Positions 25,639-29,837 of a DNA stretch of 29,837 nt are shown here, one piece after another. A program made the position numbers and the translations under genes. How positions within the stretch are numbered: position 1 is the stretch's first letter; every line of letters begins with the position of its first letter. Source of the stretch: Promethearchaeota archaeon (GTDB taxonomy: Archaea > Asgardarchaeota > Lokiarchaeia > Sigyniarchaeales > SOKP01); assembly GCA_013375475.1 (NCBI GenBank), contig JABXKD010000045.1:1-29837 (forward strand), read 5' to 3'. The notes beneath the pieces are model-generated. The model searched no databases. It was not told where the DNA came from and saw nothing but the letters and a program-made list of their open reading frames with translations.

Positions 25639-27960
25639 ATGAAAATGAAAGCTAAAGAAAATATTGCTAAAATGAAAAAATCTCTACAGCAGAGTGTACG
25701 AAAAATCTTCGTACAAGATTTATATGTAGAGGGGCAAGAACCTACAAAATCGTACTTTGGAGAAAGGAAGTTTTTTGGATTATATGCGATATTTTTAATT
25801 TATTCTTTTTTGATTCTAATAGGGATTAATTTTTCAGGACCCATCCTTGATTTTCTAACTTTTGGAAATCCTTTCGCTTTTGGAAACGCATTAGTTGCTT
25901 TTTTCCTTGCATTATCTTTACTATACAGCAATGATACGATCAGAAAGTTTATTTTTGAAAAAAATTCGCTAATTAAGCAAGTAGTATTATATGTAAGTAT
26001 TATCTTCGGATTTCATTTACTCTTTTCTTTCATTAATAGTATAAATACCAATTTCATAAGTTATCTCTTAGGTTTATCAACGATATGGCTTATTTTATTG
26101 AGCATTAGATTTTTTATGTACTCTAGAAAGTTTGCGACAAAAATTGAAGCACGTTTTATAACTAAATATTCTGTAATGCGCCGATTTGTTGCTTTTATAG
26201 CTCCATACTTTATATTGGGAGTATTGGTTGTTATAGCGCTGTTCTACAGAGGTTTATTAGTTTACATATCATTAGACGTCTTAGGTCCTTCCGCTCCTAG
26301 TGAAGCCCTAGGAGTTTATGTATTAGAAATGCGTTTGATTATGCCATTACTTTACTTTAGCTTAATATTAACTTTGCTATTTGTTATTTTTGAATTTGTA
26401 TTTACGAGACGAAGAGCTGAAACAAAACGAGCAGGACTGTTTGATAATTATACATTTTCATTAATAGTTTTATTTATATTTTTCTTTCAGGTATTTCAAT
26501 TATCCTTATTTTTAATTTTAAATCCTGTTACTGTCACTGCATTAAAAGCTACCGTGGGAGCAAGCAATTCGACGGTATGGTTCATTTTTATTATTGAATT
26601 TGCTTTTTCGATGTACTTCTTATATAGAATTATTAAAAAATTAGGTCATTCTTTAGAATGGAGATTTCTTATTTTTAAAAGAGACGGTTTAATATTGTTA
26701 GTATTAGGGTGCGTTCTTGCTCAAACTCTTACTCGTTTTGCGTTACAATCTCAGATACCAAATCAAGAAATTACTGTACTCGGTCAGTTCTTCATGGCAG
26801 ATAAATATGTTGTTTCTATTATAATGATTATATTCCTTGGAAGTACTTTACTATTTTATTATTTAAAACCACACGAAACATCGATGTTTATTCGGTTACA
26901 AAAAGAAACCGTTAACCAAGAAGAAGAAAGTATGGATATAATTTATAAGTTGATTAGAAGTGAGTATATCCGTAGAGGAGACGGTTTTCCTCTAGAGATT
27001 TTAGACCGCGAGTTAATAAGGGCAACGAGACTCTCGAAAAACAATATTTATTCAATAATCGAGGATTTAGTGAACCTTGACATAGATATTAGTTTAACAG
27101 AAAAAATAGATGAAGACGGAAGAATTCAAAAGTTTGTTGATTTTTCTTCGGTTCTTGAAAAATTTAACAAAAAGACTATTGCTCAAAAAAAGGCTAAAAA
27201 ATATCTTTCGGATAGACTCTACAACACGATGGTTTCGAAGAAGCCTAAAAAACTTGAATTACATGCCAATACTAATAGTAATCAAGCTTCTGATCGATTC
27301 ATTTCCTCTCTTGCTGCTGATTATACAAAAAAACAAAAGGACAAATTATCCTTTGAACAGAAACAAAAAGATCTTTCAATATCGTTTACTCAAAAAGAAA
27401 TTCCAAGCTCGTTGAAAAATACAATTTTAGAAATCTTAAAAAATGAATATATTTACCGAATTGAGAATCAAGAAAAATACCCCGACTTTAAATATTCTAT
27501 TTCAGAAATCGCGTCTGAAATTCAAATGCAAACAAGGATAACTCCAGGCCAGCTTTACCCAATATTAGAAACTATCAGCGAAGGAGATATAGAACTGGAT
27601 TTAATTAAAAACCCCGACGAACATGAAGACAGAAGAATTACATTTTTTCCGATTGCAGATGATTATTTATGTTATGCGCTTGCTAATTTTAGACCTGAAG
27701 TATATAGAAAAATTAGAATAAAAGTAATTAAGAGTTTTATCAAATTTTTAAATCGTACGAATGTTAAAACGTTTTTTTCTAAGCTTAGGAAAGAAATAGG
27801 AGAGAAAACTGAAGAACAAAAGGTATGGAACGATTTATACAAGGTTCTTAACAATTACTACCCTGTATATACTGAGGAAGTTGAAAAATTAAAGATGGGA
27901 ACAGGACTATTGAAGATTATTAAGATATTTCCTAAGAAGGATGTCGATATTTATCTCTAA
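25639..27960 (+). CDS. Large polytopic membrane protein (about 11-12 TM) with a cytoplasmic C-terminus holding two winged-helix-like repeats
   Basis: Hydrophobic segments across the first about 440 residues of the ORF and a soluble C-terminus with an internal duplication. Start moved from TTG 25546 to ATG 25639 (or 25645) because the leader is low-complexity A/T sequence. Confidence 0.8.
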   Translation: MKMKAKENIAKMKKSLQQSVRKIFVQDLYVEGQEPTKSYFGERKFFGLYAIFLIYSFLILIGINFSGPILDFLTFGNPFAFGNALVAFFLALSLLYSNDTIRKFIFEKNSLIKQVVLYVSIIFGFHLLFSFINSINTNFISYLLGLSTIWLILLSIRFFMYSRKFATKIEARFITKYSVMRRFVAFIAPYFILGVLVVIALFYRGLLVYISLDVLGPSAPSEALGVYVLEMRLIMPLLYFSLILTLLFVIFEFVFTRRRAETKRAGLFDNYTFSLIVLFIFFFQVFQLSLFLILNPVTVTALKATVGASNSTVWFIFIIEFAFSMYFLYRIIKKLGHSLEWRFLIFKRDGLILLVLGCVLAQTLTRFALQSQIPNQEITVLGQFFMADKYVVSIIMIIFLGSTLLFYYLKPHETSMFIRLQKETVNQEEESMDIIYKLIRSEYIRRGDGFPLEILDRELIRATRLSKNNIYSIIEDLVNLDIDISLTEKIDEDGRIQKFVDFSSVLEKFNKKTIAQKKAKKYLSDRLYNTMVSKKPKKLELHANTNSNQASDRFISSLAADYTKKQKDKLSFEQKQKDLSISFTQKEIPSSLKNTILEILKNEYIYRIENQEKYPDFKYSISEIASEIQMQTRITPGQLYPILETISEGDIELDLIKNPDEHEDRRITFFPIADDYLCYALANFRPEVYRKIRIKVIKSFIKFLNRTNVKTFFSKLRKEIGEKTEEQKVWNDLYKVLNNYYPVYTEEVEKLKMGTGLLKIIKIFPKKDVDIYL

Positions 27961-27969
27961 CCTAGAATC

Positions 27970-29256
27970 ATGGCAGTTAAAAATGCAAAATATTCGTTGA
28001 GAAGCACATTTATAGGCTTATCTTCGTTCCAACTTCTTGCGATGTTTAGACGGGGTATGTTTTACACTTATTTATCTATTTATATGAGAGATTTCTTGCT
28101 TTTATCCGTTACTGAAACAACTCTATACGCAACACTTCCTATGATTATGAGTGTAGTTTTTCAAAACTTTGTTTGGGGTCCTCTAAGTGACAAATTTCAA
28201 AGAAGGAGAACTTTGATTGTCTTAGGTGAAGTTTTAGCAGGGATTGGAACAATTACAGTTTGGTTTGTTCACTCAATTTTTTCTAGTTTACTGCTTGCTG
28301 GATATGTTATTATTATCGGATTAATGTGCATTGAAGCTTTTTGGTCAATGTCCAACATTAGTTGGAGTGCTCTCATTAGCGATATTTATCCTTCTAAAGA
28401 TAGAAGTAAGATAATGGGACAATTAACCAGCGTAGGGGGTTTTGGAAGGATCATAGGTATATCCCTAGGAGGAATACTCTACAACTACGGCTATGGTTTT
28501 CGTGATGGACCACTATTCTTTGTAGCAGCACTGGTTATGTTTGCGTCTTCTATTCCTATGATTTTCGCACCGGAAGGGGGGATTAAATCTGAAGAAGAAA
28601 AAATAGAAGTGGAGAATAATAACAATACAACGCATAACTACAATTTTAAAGTTATTTTCATCGTATTCATTATTTCCTTAACATTTATTAATTTTGGACG
28701 TAATTCAATCGCAACGATCTATAGCCAATATTTAACTTTAGAAACGGGATTTGCGGTAGATAGTATATTGTTAAGTTATATTGCTAACACTCGATCATTA
28801 GCAGTGTTGACTATAGGTTTTTTAGCAGGCACATTAAGCAAAAAGTTTGGACATTCTCGAACTCTAATATTAGGTGTGAGTTTAGCTATCTTCGCGTTAC
28901 TTATTACAGGATTAACTGACAATTTGATATTAATATTTATTGGTAGTTTTTTTATAGGTATGGGTGAAGTAGTTATTTATGCAGCCTCCTATGTTATTGC
29001 GTCTAACTTGATTCCTTCTAAGGTTAGAGCTAAATTATTTGGAGTATATAATACTACTTTTTTTCTTTCCTGGGGACTCGCATGTACAATCATATCAGGT
29101 CCATTAATAGACTTTCTACTCAATAACGGTTTCGAGGAAGTGATATCTTATCAAGCCGCTTTTATTGTAGCAGCTCTGATAACAGGAATAGGTTTAATAA
29201 TTTTTTTAGTTTTAGAAATATGGCTTAAACCAAATAATCTTAAGGAAAAAATATAA
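27970..29256 (+). CDS. Major facilitator superfamily (MFS) transporter
   Basis: About 12 TM helices, motif A GPLSDKFQRRR and GTLSKKFGHSR, plus the repeated ISDIYPSKDRSKIMG / ASNLIPSKVRAKLFG. Confidence 0.92.
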   Translation: MAVKNAKYSLRSTFIGLSSFQLLAMFRRGMFYTYLSIYMRDFLLLSVTETTLYATLPMIMSVVFQNFVWGPLSDKFQRRRTLIVLGEVLAGIGTITVWFVHSIFSSLLLAGYVIIIGLMCIEAFWSMSNISWSALISDIYPSKDRSKIMGQLTSVGGFGRIIGISLGGILYNYGYGFRDGPLFFVAALVMFASSIPMIFAPEGGIKSEEEKIEVENNNNTTHNYNFKVIFIVFIISLTFINFGRNSIATIYSQYLTLETGFAVDSILLSYIANTRSLAVLTIGFLAGTLSKKFGHSRTLILGVSLAIFALLITGLTDNLILIFIGSFFIGMGEVVIYAASYVIASNLIPSKVRAKLFGVYNTTFFLSWGLACTIISGPLIDFLLNNGFEEVISYQAAFIVAALITGIGLIIFLVLEIWLKPNNLKEKI

Positions 29257-29294
29257 AATGTTTATTTTAGTACAACAAAAGAGAAAAAAAAATA

Positions 29295-29474
29295 TTAATT
29301 TAGTTTTGTGCAACACTCTTCACATTTTAGTTCAGATAAGCTTAAGTATCCGCAGTTGTCACCCATATAGCACTCAAATTGATTTTTATCTTCGTTATAA
29401 ACCATATTATGCGCACAACATTGTGGAATAGTTTCTATTATTTTTCCACAGCCACTACATCTATAGGTTTCCAT
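29295..29474 (-). CDS. Small Cys-rich metal-binding protein (59 aa, 9 Cys), not in the ORF track
   Basis: Manual translation METYRCSGCGKIIETIPQCCAHNMVYNEDKNQFECYMGDNCGYLSLSELKCEECCTKLN*. Archaeal SD AAGGTGA lies upstream on the minus strand. Confidence 0.85.
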   Translation of the reverse strand: METYRCSGCGKIIETIPQCCAHNMVYNEDKNQFECYMGDNCGYLSLSELKCEECCTKLN

Positions 29475-29506
29475 TTCTTTAAATCACCTTATTTAAGCTT
29501 AACTTA

Positions 29507-29602
29507 CTAAACAAGTTCCATGGTTTTGCCATGATGTTTTGGGATTGGCTGAGCTCCGCAAGATGCTCCCATCCAGCAAACTAATTGATCATTTTCTTTA
29601 TT
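29507..29602 (-). pseudogene. 5'-truncated paralog of the small Cys/His metal-binding protein
   Basis: Frame NKENDQLVCWMGASCGAQPIPKHHGKTMELV* aligns with NEDKNQFECYMGDNCG of the neighbouring gene. It is preceded directly by an in-frame TAG and lacks the N-terminal CxxC part. Confidence 0.6.
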
Positions 29603-29837
29603 CTAAATTAATAAAAAACAGCTAATTCATGATTCTTCTTTTTATATATTCTATTGAGGAATCCTATGAAATATTGACTAATTTCACAAATATATTAAGA
29701 GAAATTTATGTGATTGTTAAATATGAGATGATTTTTATGCCAAACCATTTCAAATTAGACGATTTGAAAGAAACGTGAAAAAACTACATTTTATTTAAAG
29801 AAATTTTAATATCGTACTTTGATGAAATAGAGGATTA

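Noticed and set aside
293-27854. Shadow ORFs in the track (293..550, 1289..1501, 2769..2966, 2909..3091, 5689..5994, 11592..11792, 13457..13693, 14796..15050, 15788..15985, 17223..17600, 19254..19580, 21609..21842, 22226..22477, 23362..23640, 24702..24893, 27110..27415, 27672..27854)
   Set aside because: They are antisense or alternate-frame overlaps of well-supported genes, mostly with the Ser/Phe/Leu-rich composition expected from antisense Glu/Lys codons, and carry no motifs.

Overview
AT-rich archaeal chromosomal DNA. The gene content (MglA/Rag-type small GTPase, longin-like protein, tandem roadblock protein, three MPN/JAB1 proteins, long TPR array, HdrBC) points to an Asgard archaeon, probably Lokiarchaeia/Promethearchaeota; this is an inference. 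About 24 genes are densely packed. No rRNA, tRNA, CRISPR array or recognisable mobile element was seen. In order: the end of a CBS-domain protein and a NIL-ferredoxin (probably the MA1821/MA1822-type homocysteine synthesis pair), hdrB/hdrC-like genes, a GTPase convergent with a longin+winged-helix protein, an esterase/DedA/PAP2 membrane cluster, an MBL hydrolase, a 1355-aa SIR2-25xTPR protein, a PHP histidinol phosphatase, a coiled-coil/PLD-like protein, a double roadblock protein, an ATP-grasp protein, a ChlI/D-type AAA-vWA fusion, three MPN-coiled-coil paralogs around a zinc-ribbon gene that seems to start at ATT, a large membrane protein with duplicated winged helices, an MFS transporter, and an unannotated 59-aa Cys-rich protein with a truncated paralog. 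The best candidate for a new system is the MPN cluster (20124-25110), which includes a translationally coupled pair, one with the catalytic Glu and one with Gln, resembling eukaryotic Rpn11/Rpn8 or CSN5/CSN6.
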